A DNA stretch of 64,000 bases from positions 109,432,001 through 109,496,000 of the forward strand of contig CM059432.1 in NCBI GenBank assembly GCA_030390025.1, read 5' to 3'. This DNA comes from Squalus acanthias (taxonomy: Eukaryota). The notes beneath the pieces are model-generated. The model had not been told where the DNA came from and did no database searches. It was given only the letters and a program-made list of their open reading frames with translations. The position numbers and the translations under genes were made by a program. Shown piece by piece: positions 39,961-52,744 of the stretch (the first letter of the stretch is position 1; every line of letters begins with the position of its first letter).

Positions 39961-42121
39961 TGCCAGTCAAACGGGCCGCTTTCTCCTGGATGGTGTCGAG
40001 CTTTTTGAGTGTTGTTGGAGCTGCACTCATCCAGGCAAGTGGAGAGTATTCCATCACACTCCTGACTTGTGCCTTGTTGATGGTGGAAAGGATTTGGGGA
40101 GTCAAGAGTGAGACACTTGTCACAGAATACCCAGCCTCTGACCCACTCTTGTTGCCACAGTATTTATGTGGCTGGTCCAGTTAAGTTTCTGGTCAATGGT
40201 GACCCCCAGGATGTTGATGGTGGGGGATTCAATGATGGTAATGACGTTGAATATCAAGGGGAGGTGGTTAGACTCTCGCTTGTTGGAGGGAGTCATTGCC
40301 TGGCACTTGTGTGGCACGAATGTTACTTGCCACTTATCAGCCCAAGCCTAAATGTCGTCCAGGTCTTGCTGCATCCGGGCATGGACTGATTCATTATCTG
40401 AGGAGTTGTGAATGGAACGGAACACGATGCAATCATCAGCGAACATCCCCACTTCTGACCTTATGATGGAGGGAAAGTCATTGATGAAGCAGCTGGAGAT
40501 GGTTGGGCCTAGGACACTGCCCTGAAGAACTCTTGCAGCGATGACCTGGGGCTGAGATGATTGACCACCAGTGGTTGATGATCCCTTTAAATATCGCTGG
40601 TAGGGGGTCCTTGCAACTGCTGAATGCATTTTCAGCTGTGCGAGGTTAACACAGGGCGTTACTTTCAACATTGAGGATGAAAATGACAGCGCTGGCATCA
40701 AATCGATGATTGACATCACGATCTGCCTACTCTACTTATTTCAGCACACTTTCCCATTGCCAACGGTAACACCCTCACCAAGATGGCATCCGGTGATGCT
40801 CGGACCAGAATTGTGCGCACAAGGCTCGAACACCATTTTTGACCCAAAATGGCACTTATAGCACCCAAACAACAGGTGCTACGCAATCAAAATTTTAGCT
40901 GTAATTATCTATTTAATGTTAATAACTTGGTCAAACTTCATTTAATTCCATTTAGTTTTACTATCTCCCTACTATTGATCACATTTACTGACACTATGAT
41001 AGAGAGTGAGTGGCAGCTTAATGCCCTCACTACTAATCTATCTCGACTTTTGTCTGTATGTCGCTGTGTCTGTTGCAGTGATTGATATTTCATAACATGA
41101 AATGGTGTTAAAAAAAAGTGCATTAGCTCAGGCTTCTAGAAATTGTTTCCAGTTGTCTTTGCTGTGCACCAATTTATTGCAGAGGCCCTGATTGCAAGGA
41201 TGATTGAGTGCCCTGGGTAACCTGGTGTGGGAGGACAAGGTGGCCCCCATCAATCTGGTGCTGAATTACAAAGCGTAACAGCTCTGGAAATCCAACAGGA
41301 GGTGGTGCATCTGGACCTAAGAGCTGAGACGCTCCTGCCCCAGACCACCGCTCCTGGCCCTGCTGAGGCTCACGGGGTCAGGTGGAGTGCCATGATTTAC
41401 TCCACAATGGCAAGCTAAGGGCGGGTCTGCAACACACCCTTCCCCCAATCCTGCCAAAGTGGCCCGAAATCCATGCTGAAAACTTGCAACCCAGGAGTGG
41501 GGGAGGCCATGCCTCCCTCCTGAAAAGAAAACTGTGGGTACCCCCGAGGCCCCCTTACAAATGGAGCCACTTAAAAAATGTAAACACTTTAGTGCCAGAT
41601 CTTTGGGGGGCAAGTTGGGGTGCAGGCCTCAAGCCCGGCCTGGACCTACAGGTGGGTCGATAGCCCACTTTATCTCTCGCTGCATACCAGCGCTAACCGT
41701 ACCAGATTCCTCTGAAGGCCTAGGGTGCAGGTACACCTGACGTTTGCGGTCCTCACCCTGCACTTTGCTTTGATGGCCTTGTAAGTGGTAGGTAGAGGTC
41801 ATCCCAGAAACCTTGGCCAGGACTCGGCAAGTCCAAGTCAGGGCTTAGTTTCCACTGGATGCGTGCTGGAATAGTCATGGATGCAATGAATGAAAATGAG
41901 CAGTCATTTTATATATTATCGAACAAATATGATCCAATAAACAGGAAATCCTAAAGTCTAGACCACTATAAAAAGTACGCTTTTTGTCGTCACAGCTGAA
42001 TGCCCCAGATCTTGGTAACCTCAGTACCTGTGGTATCTTTAAAGTCTAGGGCCTAGAAATTCCAAACCTGTGCGCCGGCTGTTAACTCTGGTTTGCTGCA
42101 AAAAAAGGCGGCAGCCTCCCT

Positions 42122-42153
<32 letters not shown>

Positions 42154-42160
42154 CTCCTCC

Positions 42161-42195
<35 letters not shown>

Positions 42196-42939
42196 CCTTT
42201 TCTAGCAGCTTGCCCTGCTCTGTGTGTCCTCTGCTCATTCTCCCAATCATGCTCTATTCCAAGAGGAAGGCCTACTACTGCAACCATGTCTGGAAGCAAT
42301 TCATTTGTGCAGAAGCCTTGAAGTCAACAAAAAGTACTTCAGCTCCTGCCACACCACTCCCTGTAGACTTCTGAAACTTGGAACAACTGTGGGAAGTACC
42401 AAAACCATTTGGAATTGTAACAACAGCCAGAAGAAATAAATCAGCAACTAACCTGTAAATAGTTGATGATCCCTTCAAATAGCGCTGGTGGTGGGGGGGG
42501 GGGGGGGTGGTCCTTCCTGCTGCTCAATGCGTGTTCAACTGTGCAAGGTTAAGAGAGGGCGTTAGCTGGAGTGTGGAGATCCTAATTGGCAGCCGTGGCA
42601 TCAAATCAGCGTTGCCTTGACGTCGTGATCTGTCTGCTCTACATACGTCATGCGGACATTAAGGGCTGGATTTTGTCTTGGGGTCAGGTTGAGGTCGTGT
42701 TACCCACATTTCGTGTTGCCCCCCCGACTCCAGATTAATGTGGATTAATGATGCGATTTTAACTTAATTGGCCAATTGAGTTCCAACATGTGGGAACCCA
42801 TGGCCAATGAGTTATTCCAGTCTGAAAGTCGCCTCCGATGACGTCATCATTGCTGCTGCATTTAAGGTCTGCAGCAAGCCTTGCTTCCTCTGCAGGCTGC
42901 CAAGCTTTTGGACCTGTAATCTAAGCACCTGCAGCAGGA

Positions 42940-45900
42940 ATGGCCAGCCAACGGCCCAGGGCTGCTCCCAGATTCCATGATGTTGCCCTTCAGGCTTTGG
43001 TAGATGGAGCAAGAGCCAACAAGGAGGTGCTCTTCCCCTCCTCAGGGAGGAAGAAGCCTCCCCAGCAGACAAAGGCTGTGTGGGTCCAGATCACCCAGGA
43101 GGTCACCTCTTTATCTTTGACAAGCAGAACCTGGATCCAGTGCAGGAAGAGGTTTCATGACCTTCTACGTACTGCTAAAGTGAGTATGACTTTCCCTTCA
43201 CCCTCAACCTGATCCCCATTGCCTCTCCTCACCAGCACTCAGCTTTAGCAACCTCTTCCTCCATATCCCACTTGACACTGACATCCATGCACCCTTACCC
43301 ATTCCCTCTCCCTCTATGGTCACATTCACCTTACTATTTGACTATGCAGCCCTCACACTCCCTTTCACTGTCATGCTTTGAAAACAACTTACAACACACG
43401 GGGAGGGCCCTTAGTCTCACCAGCTCAATCCATTTTGTCTCCTTCTAAGCATCTATGCTATGGATTCTCTACACTCACTCCTTCAATCTCACTCAAACTC
43501 CACTTGTCTCCCTCATTGCAGGAAAATTGGAGGGTGGCCAATGTAACCCCTCTTTTTAAAAAAGGAGGGAGGGAGAAAGCAGGGAATTATAGACCGGTCA
43601 GCCTGACATCGGTCGTGGGTAAAATGATGGAATCAATTATTAAAGATGTCATAACAGACCATTTGGAAAGTGGCGACATGATAGGTCCAAGTCAGCATGG
43701 ATTTGTGAAAGGGAAATCATGCTTGACAAATCTTCTGGAATTTTTTGAGGATGTTTCCAATAGGGTGGACAGGGGGGAACCAGTAGATGTGGTGTATTTG
43801 GACTTTCAGAAGGCCTTCGACAAGGTCCCACACAAGAGATTGGTGAGCAAAGTTAAAGCACATGGGATTGGGGGTACTGTGTTGACGTGAATTGAGAACT
43901 GGTTGGCACACAGGAAACAAAGAGTAGGAGTAAATGGGTACTTTTCAGAATGGCAGGCAGTGACCAGCGGGGTACCGCAGGGTTCGGTGCTGGGACCCCA
44001 GCTGTTTACATTATATATTAATGATTTGGACGAAGGGATTAAATGTAATATCTCCAAATTTGCGGATGACACTAAATTGGGAGGCAGTGTGAACAATGAG
44101 GAGGATGCTAGGAGGCTGCAGAGTGACTTGGACAGGTTGGGTGAACGGGCAAATGTATGGCAGATGAAGTACAATGTGGATAAATGTGAGGTTATCCACT
44201 TTGGTGGTAAAAATAGAGAGGCGGACTATTACCTGAATGGTGGCAGATTAGGGAAAGGGGAGGTGCAACGAGACCTGGGCGTCATGGTAGATCAGTCACT
44301 GAAGGTGGGAATGCAAGTGCAGCAGGCAGTCAAGAAAGCAAACGGAATGATGGCCTTCATAGTAAGGGGATTTGAGTACAGGAGTAGGGAGGTGATGCTG
44401 CAGTTGTACAGGGCCTTGGTGAGGCCACACCTGGAGTATTGTGCGCAGTTTTGGTCTCCTAACTTAAGGAAGGACATTCTTGCTATTGAGGGAGTGCAGC
44501 GAAGGTTCACTAGATTGATTCCTGGGATGGCCGGACTGACATATCAAGAATGATTGGGTCAACTGAACTTGTATACTCTGGAGTTCAGAAGAATGAGGGG
44601 GGATCTTATAGAGACATTTAAAATCCTGACTGGTTTAGACAAATTAGATGCGGGCAGAATGTTCCCAATGTTAGGGAAAACTAGAACCAGGGGTCACAGT
44701 CTAAGGATTAAGGGGAAGCCATTTAAGACTGAGCTGAGGAGGAACTTCTTCACCCAGAGAGTGGTGAATCTATGGAATTCTCTTCCACAGAAGGTTGTTG
44801 AGGCCAGTTCGCTAAATATATTCAAAAGGGAGTTAGATATAACACTCACAACTAGGGGGATCAAGGGGTATGGCGAGAAAGCAGGAATGGGGTACTGAGG
44901 TAGCATGTTCAGCCATGAACGCATTGAATGGCAGTGCAGGCTCGAAGGACCGAATGGTCTACTCCTGTACCTATTTTCTATGTTTCTAAAAGAGAGCTCA
45001 CAATAAAAGGGAAAGAGCCAGGACAGGAGGAGGGCCACCCTCATTAGCCCAGCTCACCCCCTGGGAGGAGGCGGTCCTGGAGATCGTGGGCGTCCAGGAG
45101 GAAACGCAAGTGGGGGACGGACAGACGGGTGCAGCAGAGCAAGCTGGTGACTGAATAGTGTTCCATCTCTCTCATTGACATTGCATGAGTTGCTGATAAT
45201 GAATCTGAAGCTCTAACAGATGGATTTATGATCATCTGCAATATGCAACGTGCATGTAACCTTGGCATCACATCTCTGACTCTTTCCTTTACTCCCCCAC
45301 AGGACCATCGCAAGCACCCATCCCCACTAGCCAGGAGGAGCAGCCTGAGCAGACAGACTCCTCAGAGGAAGCTGCAACCTCTGAGGGCGCAGCGTCAGCA
45401 GAACTAAGCACACCCAGCACCAGCGCAGACACTCACACCTCGGTGGGACCCTCGGGACATAGAGTAGAGTTGTCACCTGGTGTATCACAGCTCACAAGTG
45501 AGCATCAGCAGATGGTGGAGACAGGGACAGCAATGGAGAGTCCTCGTCGCAGTGGAGAGGACGCTCCCAGCTCGGCTCAGCTGCATGTCGACCCTCTGCC
45601 TCTGGGGCCATCCATAAGATCAGCGGTGCTGGGACTCCAGGAACAGATGCAGGAGTCTCTGACAGGTTTTATCTCCAGGGTCGCTGCGAGTGTGGAGCGA
45701 ATGGAGGAGTCCATAGCGAACATGAGCAGAGCCTTTGTGGAGTCATTGGCGCATGAACGCATCACCATGGAAAGGATGGCAACCTCCATGGAGGTGATAA
45801 GTTGCCAGAGTGCAGAAAACATGGTCATTGTTCTGAATAGAATGACATCTCTGGAGGAGCGATGGTCATCTATTGAACAGAGAAACCAAACCTTCATGGA

Positions 45901-46327
45901 AGTCCTTCTGAGTAGGACTTCCAGTGCAGATACGGGTCCCCATGGCCCCCCTGATGTGCAGCAAGGTGCTCTCAAGCCACTTGCAAGCACTGAGGTGGAC
46001 CTGACCCATGAGAGGGATGTTGGTGGCACACAACAAGGAGGTGGGGGCTCCTCTCCAAGCGCTCACACTTCCATGCCACTGACAAGTCCTCGGTCAGAGC
46101 CCCACCAGAGTTCGCACCCAAGTGAGATCGGCGTCTCAACCCCTGCCCAGCCGTAGGAGCAGCAGAATGTTGCCGAGCCCTCGCAGGTTCGCAACCCCAG
46201 AGGACGCCCGCCAAAGGAGTCGAGACATGAGCAACAACAAAGTGAGCAGGGGGCCTCCACTTCTGCTGAAGCCACAGGGGAAGCACCACGTAGGAGCACG
46301 CGTAAGAGAAAGAAACTGCACAAATAG
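42940..46327 (+). pseudogene. Harbinger Myb/SANT-like gene (element C), three exons, CR1 in exon 2
   Basis: Exon 1 42940-43179 (PRFHDVAL..WIQCRKRFHDL, GTGAGT donor). Exon 2 starts at 43522 and reads EKRAHNKRERARTGGG once the CR1 is removed. Exon 3 starts at ~45303. Confidence 0.85.
43527..44987 (+). mobile_element. 5'-truncated CR1 with a complete RT domain
   Basis: WRVANVTPLFKKG through the 3' UTR, all in one frame with two TGA stops; TSD AAAA (43523-26 and 44988-91). Confidence 0.93.
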
Positions 46328-46499
46328 TCACAAGGGTAGTCACTTGGGTGAATTTTGATGTGTATTGTTAAAAAGCCATCAGGTCTAAAGTTTAATTAAA
46401 AACTCTGATGGCTACAGCTGCAGTTGTGGCGTCTGTCATTTCGCTAATGGGACTTCCACAATGAGGCCTTAGGATAACTTGCAATTGTCAGTATGGTGG

Positions 46500-47864
46500 T
46501 CACATTATTAGGGATCCGTTGGGTCTGGGCCATTGTCGTAGCTCTGGTAAGAAGCTGCAAGGCAAAAGTGCTTTGTTGTCTTGACTAAGCAAATCTGGCC
46601 AAGATGAATGCGTTCCTTGCATGGCAGCTATGGTCTTGCGTAATGCTGCCGCTGGTTGAGGGGCCTCTGCAATTTGTTCGTTCTCTCTCTCCTCCTCCTT
46701 CTCCTCCTCCTCATCTGAGGAGGCTATGTGAGGAGCCACTTGGTCCTCCGGCATCTGTAAGCCACAACGCTGTGCCATGTTGTGAAGTGCACAGCAAACC
46801 ACGACGATTCTGGAGACCCTGGCTGCTGAGTATTGCAGGGCTCCACCTGATCTATCCAGGCATCTGAAGCGCATCTTCAGCAAGCTGATGGTTTGTTCGA
46901 TTATGGATCTGGTGGAAATGTGGCTGGAGTTGTAGCTCTCCTCAGCTGCGTTGGATGGGCTACTCAACAGCGTCATTAGCCACGTCCTCAGGGGATAGCC
47001 CTTGTCTCCAAGTAGCCATCTGTGAAGTTGGTCTGGCGGACTGAATAGCGGAGGCACACTAGACTGGCGCAGTATGAAGGAGTCATGGCAACTGCCAGGG
47101 TACTTGGCACAAACATGCAGAACTTCCTTGTTGTGGTCACACACGAGCTGAACGTTGAGGGAGTGGAAGCCCTTGCGGTTGACAAAAATACCTGGATTGC
47201 AAAGGGGTGCCTTAAGGGCCACATGTGTGCAGTCAACGACGCCCTGCACCCTTGGAAAGCCTGCCAGATTAGCTAATCCAACTGCACGCGCCGTGACACT
47301 TGCTCGATCCTTGGTGAAATGGATGTGATTGTGCGCGATGGCAAAGAGGGCATCGGTTACCTGCGTGATGCAAGTGTGTGCGGCCGCCTGGGAGATGCTG
47401 CTGATGTCTGCTGCTGATCCCTGGAATGAGCCTGAGGCAAAAAAGTTCAGTGCGGTGGTGACTTTGACGGCCACTGGTAAGGGGTGTCCACCTGGTCCTC
47501 TGGGCTCCAGGTCTTGTTGCAGCATTGCGCAGATGTCACCCACTACCTCTCGTGAAAGTCGGAGCCGCCTTTGGCACTGCTGCTCAGACATGTTGAGGTA
47601 GCTGACCCTCTGTCTGTAGACCCTTTTTGGGGGGTATCTCCTGCGCCGACGGCCTTCCATGCGCTGGCCCCTTCTGTCCTGTGCAGCTTCAGGTGGGTGA
47701 GCAGCAGCTTGGCGTTCATGCTGTTGCTGCTGCTGTTGGTGGTGCTGTTGTTCATGGTTCTGCTGGTGCCGCGGCTGCTGTTCCTCCGCATCGGATACCC
47801 AGGAGGGAAGGAAATAAATGGCTCCCATGCCTCTGGGAAATGTCTCAGTTGAGGAAGCCCTCAA
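46500..47864 (-). CDS. Near-intact HARBI1-like DDE transposase (element C)
   Basis: 454-aa ORF with [27 protein letters not shown] and ALHN. A probable frameshift affects only the last codons. Confidence 0.9.
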   Translation of the reverse strand: MRASSTETFPRGMGAIYFLPSWVSDAEEQQPRHQQNHEQQHHQQQQQQHERQAAAHPPEAAQDRRGQRMEGRRRRRYPPKRVYRQRVSYLNMSEQQCQRRLRLSREVVGDICAMLQQDLEPRGPGGHPLPVAVKVTTALNFFASGSFQGSAADISSISQAAAHTCITQVTDALFAIAHNHIHFTKDRASVTARAVGLANLAGFPRVQGVVDCTHVALKAPLCNPGIFVNRKGFHSLNVQLVCDHNKEVLHVCAKYPGSCHDSFILRQSSVPPLFSPPDQLHRWLLGDKGYPLRTWLMTLLSSPSNAAEESYNSSHISTRSIIEQTISLLKMRFRCLDRSGGALQYSAARVSRIVVVCCALHNMAQRCGLQMPEDQVAPHIASSDEEEEKEEERENEQIAEAPQPAAALRKTIAAMQGTHSSWPDLLSQDNKALLPCSFLPELRQWPRPNGSLIM

Positions 47865-48509
47865 TGAGGGTGGTGAGAGGGGTTTCCCAGGAGGTCACAC
47901 TGCAGATGGGTGTCAGGCTCCAAACTTCCAGAGCTGTGGTTATGCCTTCTAAAAGTTCCCCCAGACCTGTTACAACAAAGTCCTGCCACCTGCAATTGAT
48001 GGCTGATCAAATCCCCTATTTAAAGGTTGAGCTGCAGCTGATAGTCAGCAATCCACTTGTGCTCCCACCAGGTTTCACTGGAGTGTTTCCCATCAGGCGT
48101 GCTTCATGTGGGAAAAGGGTTAAAGTGCCTAAAATGGTTCAAAATGGCATTACTGAGCCACTTTAGGGATAGTTAAGAGCATTAATGGCCTCTCGCACCT
48201 CTTGGAGGCGGGACGGAGTCGGGAACCCCGCGACCCATTTTGTCAAAATTGCATGGAGGCGTGTTGGAGTCGGGATGGGGTCGGGACCCCCGAATCTGCT
48301 ACTTTAACCCCCCCGCCTCCAAACCCGACTCCACGGGGCATTCAAAATCCAGCCCTAAGTGCGTGCATGCTAACCCCTTTACCAATATGGTATCTGGCGC
48401 ACTTTGCATCAGAAGTGTGCGCGCACGCCGCAGACATCATTATGAAACCCTAAGAGGACTCATAGCACCCAAAAAACAGGTGCTACCGAGCCCAATTTTG
48501 CGCCACAAA

Positions 48510-51050
48510 GTAGGGATAATGGATATGTACTCCAATTGGCAGGATGTAACTAGTTATGTCCCCCAAGGATCTATACTGGGGCCTCAGCTTTTCACTATAT
48601 TTATCAATGTTCTAGATGAATGAATAGAGAGATTTAGAGGTCCATGTACAGAAATCACTAAGGCTGCGATTTTACGAACCTCGGCAGATCCGTGGTGGGT
48701 GACATGGGTGGCGGGTCCCGACCCTGCTGTTGGCTCCAGCCCACTGTCCAAAATGATTTTCCCGAGATTGGGCTTGTTAAACCCGCCCAGCGCGTTTGCC
48801 AGCCAATTAGAGGAAGCAGGTCTAATGACGTCATTTGATGAAATGTCATCAACCGGTTTCCTTAAAGGGACCATGTCCAAATTTAGTTTAATATTTGTGC
48901 TGTCAGTGTTCTACTGCATTGAGGTGCTGCAAACACTGACAATTACTGCACTGAGGTACCGGGCTGCACCCAGGCTCTCCCATGACTCTCTCCATATGCT
49001 TATGGAAGGAGTTACAGAACACAGGGAGGTCCTCTTCCCTTCCCATGGGTGGAAGAGACCTCCCTAGGAGATCAACACAGCCTGGTTGCACATTGCAGAG
49101 GAGGGCACAAGCAGGGATGTCGTCAGGAGGACCAGGTGCAGTGCCGCAAACGTTTCAATGATCTCAGTAGATCACAAAACGTTAGTACAAAGCCACACTC
49201 AACCTCATCCTGCTGTGCCTCTCATCACATCCCCATCACTCTGCCTTCCCTACCCTACTCCTGCACATCCTTACTCACACCAACTTACCTTGCACCTCCA
49301 CCGATCCCTCTCTATCTACATTTTCACTTCCCCATCTCACTAGCCACCCCTCACACTCACCCTCATCCTAGTGCAATCATACCAACTAACAACACACAAG
49401 GGTAGGCACTTCGGTGTTTTATGCAATATTCATATGAAGTTTCTGATAATGTGGTGTTAAATATTGAAACCTTTATTTTCAACACTTTGCGTTCTTGGAC
49501 AGATTTGTGTGCACCTTTGGAAGTGGCTTAGTGAGTTGCAGTGAATAATGAGACATAACGGTACCCCCCGCAATGGTGATGAGTGTGAACTGAATAGCTT
49601 GGGCATTGCAGGAATGCTTTATGGTGTTGGTGTGGGGTGGTGCTAACCTGGCGCATCATGTGGCAGCCAGGGCGTACAGTGTCAAGTGAAATAAATCTGG
49701 CCATGGTGAGGCCATCGCTGGCCTCCCGGGCAGCAATGTGGTCGGGTGCTGTTGCCCTGTGTCCTGTGCAGCATCAGTTGAATGCGGAGAAGGCTGGTGG
49801 TGTTGTTGGTGCTGCTGGTGTGCCTGGTGCTGCTGGTGTTGGGGCTGAGACCCAAGGTGAGAGTTTCAATGGCACCCATGCTGATGGAATAGATGGCAGG
49901 TGAAGTAGAGATGACAGAAGTGATCTGTCAATGGTGGGAGAGGTAATGAGTTCAGACTGGATGGAGACTTGCAGCATCCTGAATCTGTAGTGGAAATGCA
50001 GTTGAGAGAAGCTGGTGGTTAAGGGAACATTTCTCAATCAGCTGGGAGCTTTGACTTGACATTTGAAGCTGTCAACTCATCAGCTGATTCAATGGCCACT
50101 GACCTCCCCCCTCAGCTCTACAGACGAGGTCTAGGCACAGTGTGAAACTGGTGAGCGACCTGTCAAATCCAAGAAACTGGGAAAAAACCATTGATAAGTG
50201 GCTGTAAACAAGCCACTAATGATTTTAATTGCCTCCCCCACCGCTGCGTGTTGGGTCTGCTCAGTGCTGACAGACCCGACATTTGGTAAGGGTGGGTGGC
50301 GGGTTCACAGTGGGGTCCCGACCTGCTGGAGAAAAAAACACTTTCCCACCAGACCCACCACCAATCGTGCCCACTGACCCCCTGCAAAATCCAGCCCTAA
50401 AAGTTAGTGGAAAGATACAAAAAATAATTTAAAAGGCTAATGGAATGTTGGCCTTTATCTCAAGGGAGATGGAGTACAAAGGGGTGGAAGTTGTATAAAA
50501 TTCTGGTAGCCCTGCATCTGGAGCACTACGTTCAGTTCTGGGCACTGGACCTCAGGAAGGATATACTGGCCTTGGAGTTGGTGCAGCACAGATTCATCGG
50601 AATGATACCAGGGTTAAAAGGATTAAATTATGAGGACAGGTTACATGGACTGGTCTTGTATTCCCTTGAGTAAAGAAAGTTAAGGGGCGATCTAATTGAG
50701 ACGTTTAAGATGATTAAATGATTTGATAGGTTAGATAGAGACAAACCATTTCCTCTGGTGGGGGAGACCAGAACAAGGCGGCATAACTTAAAATTAGACC
50801 AAGGCTGTTCGGAGGTGTTTCTTTGCACAAAAGGTAGTGGAAATGTGGAACTTTCTCCTTCAAAAAGCTGTTGAGGCGAGGTCAATTGTAAAATTCAAAA
50901 ATTAGATCGATAGATTTTTGTTAGGTAAGGCTATTAAGGGACACGGAGCAATGGTGGGTAAATGGAGTTGAAGTATAGATCAGCCATGATCTCATTGAAT
51001 GGTGGAACAGGCTTGAGGGGCTGAATGGCCTACTCCTGTTCCTATGTTCC
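48510..51050 (+). mobile_element. Degenerate CR1 3' fragment split by Harbinger E
   Basis: VPQGSILGPQLF before 48661; the reading continues across the TAA (KSL|KVS); 3' UTR ends at ~51050. Confidence 0.85.
48662..50397. mobile_element. Internally deleted Harbinger E
   Basis: Ends ggctgcgatttt/aaaatccagccc, TSD TAA. Myb exon-1 remnant (RAAPRLSHDSL) on + and a probable transposase 5' remnant on -. Confidence 0.85.
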
Positions 51051-51094
51051 TTCCTACCCTTTAAGCTGAATTTGTGCTTCTAACTCAAATTTTC

Positions 51095-51195
51095 CCTACG
51101 TTGACTACACTTCAAAAGTACTTAATTGGCTGTAAAGTGCTTTGGGACCTCCTGAGGTTGTGAAATGTTGTATATAAATGCAAGTTCTTTCTTCA
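51095..51195 (+). mobile_element. SINE 3' tail fragment
   Basis: gactacacttcaaaagtac..tataaatgcaagttctttc matches 11250-11343. Confidence 0.75.
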
Positions 51196-52224
51196 CTTAT
51201 AGGTTTTATTTCTTATGCAATGTTCATTCATGTGCAGAGCTCTTACTGGTAACTGTCCCCACCCTGCCAATATGCCCTGATGGTGTTTTTCCCATGCTTT
51301 TTGACTTAACAAACTTCTATTTTGTTAATATTGAGACTTTATAAAGATTTATTAACATTGGGGAGACTTTTTTTTACATGAGTAACTGAATTATTTGACA
51401 GTAAGTTGAGCTGCAGCTTTGGAGGAATTCATCCATAGTGTTATATAATCAACAGGAACAAACACCCATATGAATTGATGTTGTCTTTTAAAATATATTC
51501 ATTGACAAGAGCACAACATACACTTAAGAAGGCAGAGGAAGCGCATTTTCAGATCCCCATAGTTATTTTGCATAAATTTGATGTATAGAAAGTATTGAAC
51601 TAAATATCACAGCCAGGTTTCTTTTTGTTAAAGGTAACATTTCCTCTCTTTTCCCCCAAGGCATTTACTCCCCTTCCCTCCCCTCCACACTGCCCCCTCC
51701 TTCGCTTTCCTTCCTATAACAGGCAATGCCTTTGATTTTTCCTTTATTGACTCAGTTTAGATCTGAATGTCCACTAGTGGATTTTAGACTGAGTCAAATG
51801 GAAATGTGATGTTTGCACCACAATTTTATGAAGTCAGTTCATTAGCATAACTTCACCTGCACATTCAGAAGGGTTCAGAGAGTACCCGAGTGATGGGAGT
51901 AGAACATTTTGTGTAAGTGAAATTTAAAGAGATGAGGACAATAGGAGATAAACATTCTGAAAGACTTTGGTGAGCCTCAGAAGGTATGTCAATTCATTAC
52001 TATCCATTAGCCTTAGCCAAGGGTAAATGAAGGAAAAGCAAACCCAAGGAATACATGCCTAAGTCTGAAAGAAAGTTATGGAGCAGCCCTGCATCCAAAT
52101 CCCAATGGCTGCTAAAGTGGGGGGAGGGGGCGGGTGCTACTGTGTGAAGAAGTGGTTGTGAGGAGGGTTACCCTCTCTGCCACTCCACAGTACCCATGGA
52201 TTAGCACTGCAGCAAGCCTGCACG

Positions 52225-52740
52225 AAAGAAAGTACTGGCATTTAAATAGCGCCTTTCACAATCTCAGGATATCCCTAAGCGCTTTACAGCCAATGAAGTA
52301 CTTTTAAAGTATAGTCACTGTTGTAATGTATTGGCCAGGACACCGAGGAGAACTCCCCTGCTTGTCTTCAAATAGTGCCGTGGGATATTTTAACCTGAGA
52401 GGGCAGGCATCTTATTCGAAAAACTGCAGAAAAATCCGCAGCCAATTTACAAACAGCTAGGTCCTACAATCAGCAATGAGATAAATGATAAATGTTGACC
52501 AAGACACCAGGAGAACTTCCTTGCTCTTCTCCAAATAGCACCATAGGATCTTTTTATATCCACCCCACCCGAAAGGGCAGGTTGGTTTAACATCTCATCC
52601 AAAAGACAGCATCTTCTAGAATGCCTGAGCATTCCATAAAGTGTCAGCCTAGTTTATGTGCTCGAGTGTCCACAGTGGGGTTTGAACCCACAACCTTCTA
52701 ACTCAGAGCCAAGAGTGCTTCCTCTGAGCCAATGTTGATA
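52225..52740 (-). mobile_element. Deu-domain-type SINE copy or copies with a tRNA-like head
   Basis: Reverse complement of the 11050-11343 SINE, partly duplicated; B-box-like GGTTCAAACCC at ~52680. Confidence 0.7.
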
Positions 52741-52744
52741 CCGT

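Larger units (their letters stand above)
38949..40570 (-). mobile_element. Second CR1/L2-group LINE family, 3' fragment, interrupted by CR1s
   Basis: QGSVLGPTISSCFINDFP and MFADD motifs; homologous to 55990-56660. Confidence 0.8.
34562..40901. mobile_element. PIF/Harbinger element B (same family as A, opposite orientation)
   Basis: Left TIR ggcctagaaattc follows TAA; Myb gene on +, transposase on -. A degenerate right end aattttagctg is followed by TAA. Confidence 0.8.
42663..48355. mobile_element. Complete PIF/Harbinger element C
   Basis: Perfect 12-bp TIRs gggctggatttt/aaaatccagccc, TSD TAA, convergent Myb (+) and transposase (-) genes. Confidence 0.95.
42049..48504. mobile_element. Non-autonomous Harbinger D (host of element C)
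   Basis: Starts gggcctagaaatt, then a transposase 5' remnant on -. After C it resumes (48359-48504) with sequence homologous to 40760-40900. Confidence 0.7.

Noticed and set aside
42039..42374. Poly-Arg, poly-Gly and poly-Pro ORFs
   Set aside because: They come from a (CCT)n microsatellite expansion in a transposase 5' remnant.
46500..47864. Domesticated host HARBI1 gene
   Set aside because: It lies within TIRs and a TSD, with a partner Myb gene and several related copies nearby, so it is a transposon ORF.
51869..51918. Candidate exon ending in GTAAGT
   Set aside because: The acceptor is weak, several competing splice-like sites exist, and the peptide is unrecognisable.
52660..52735. tRNA gene
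   Set aside because: Only a B-box-like motif at a SINE head; no cloverleaf is evident.
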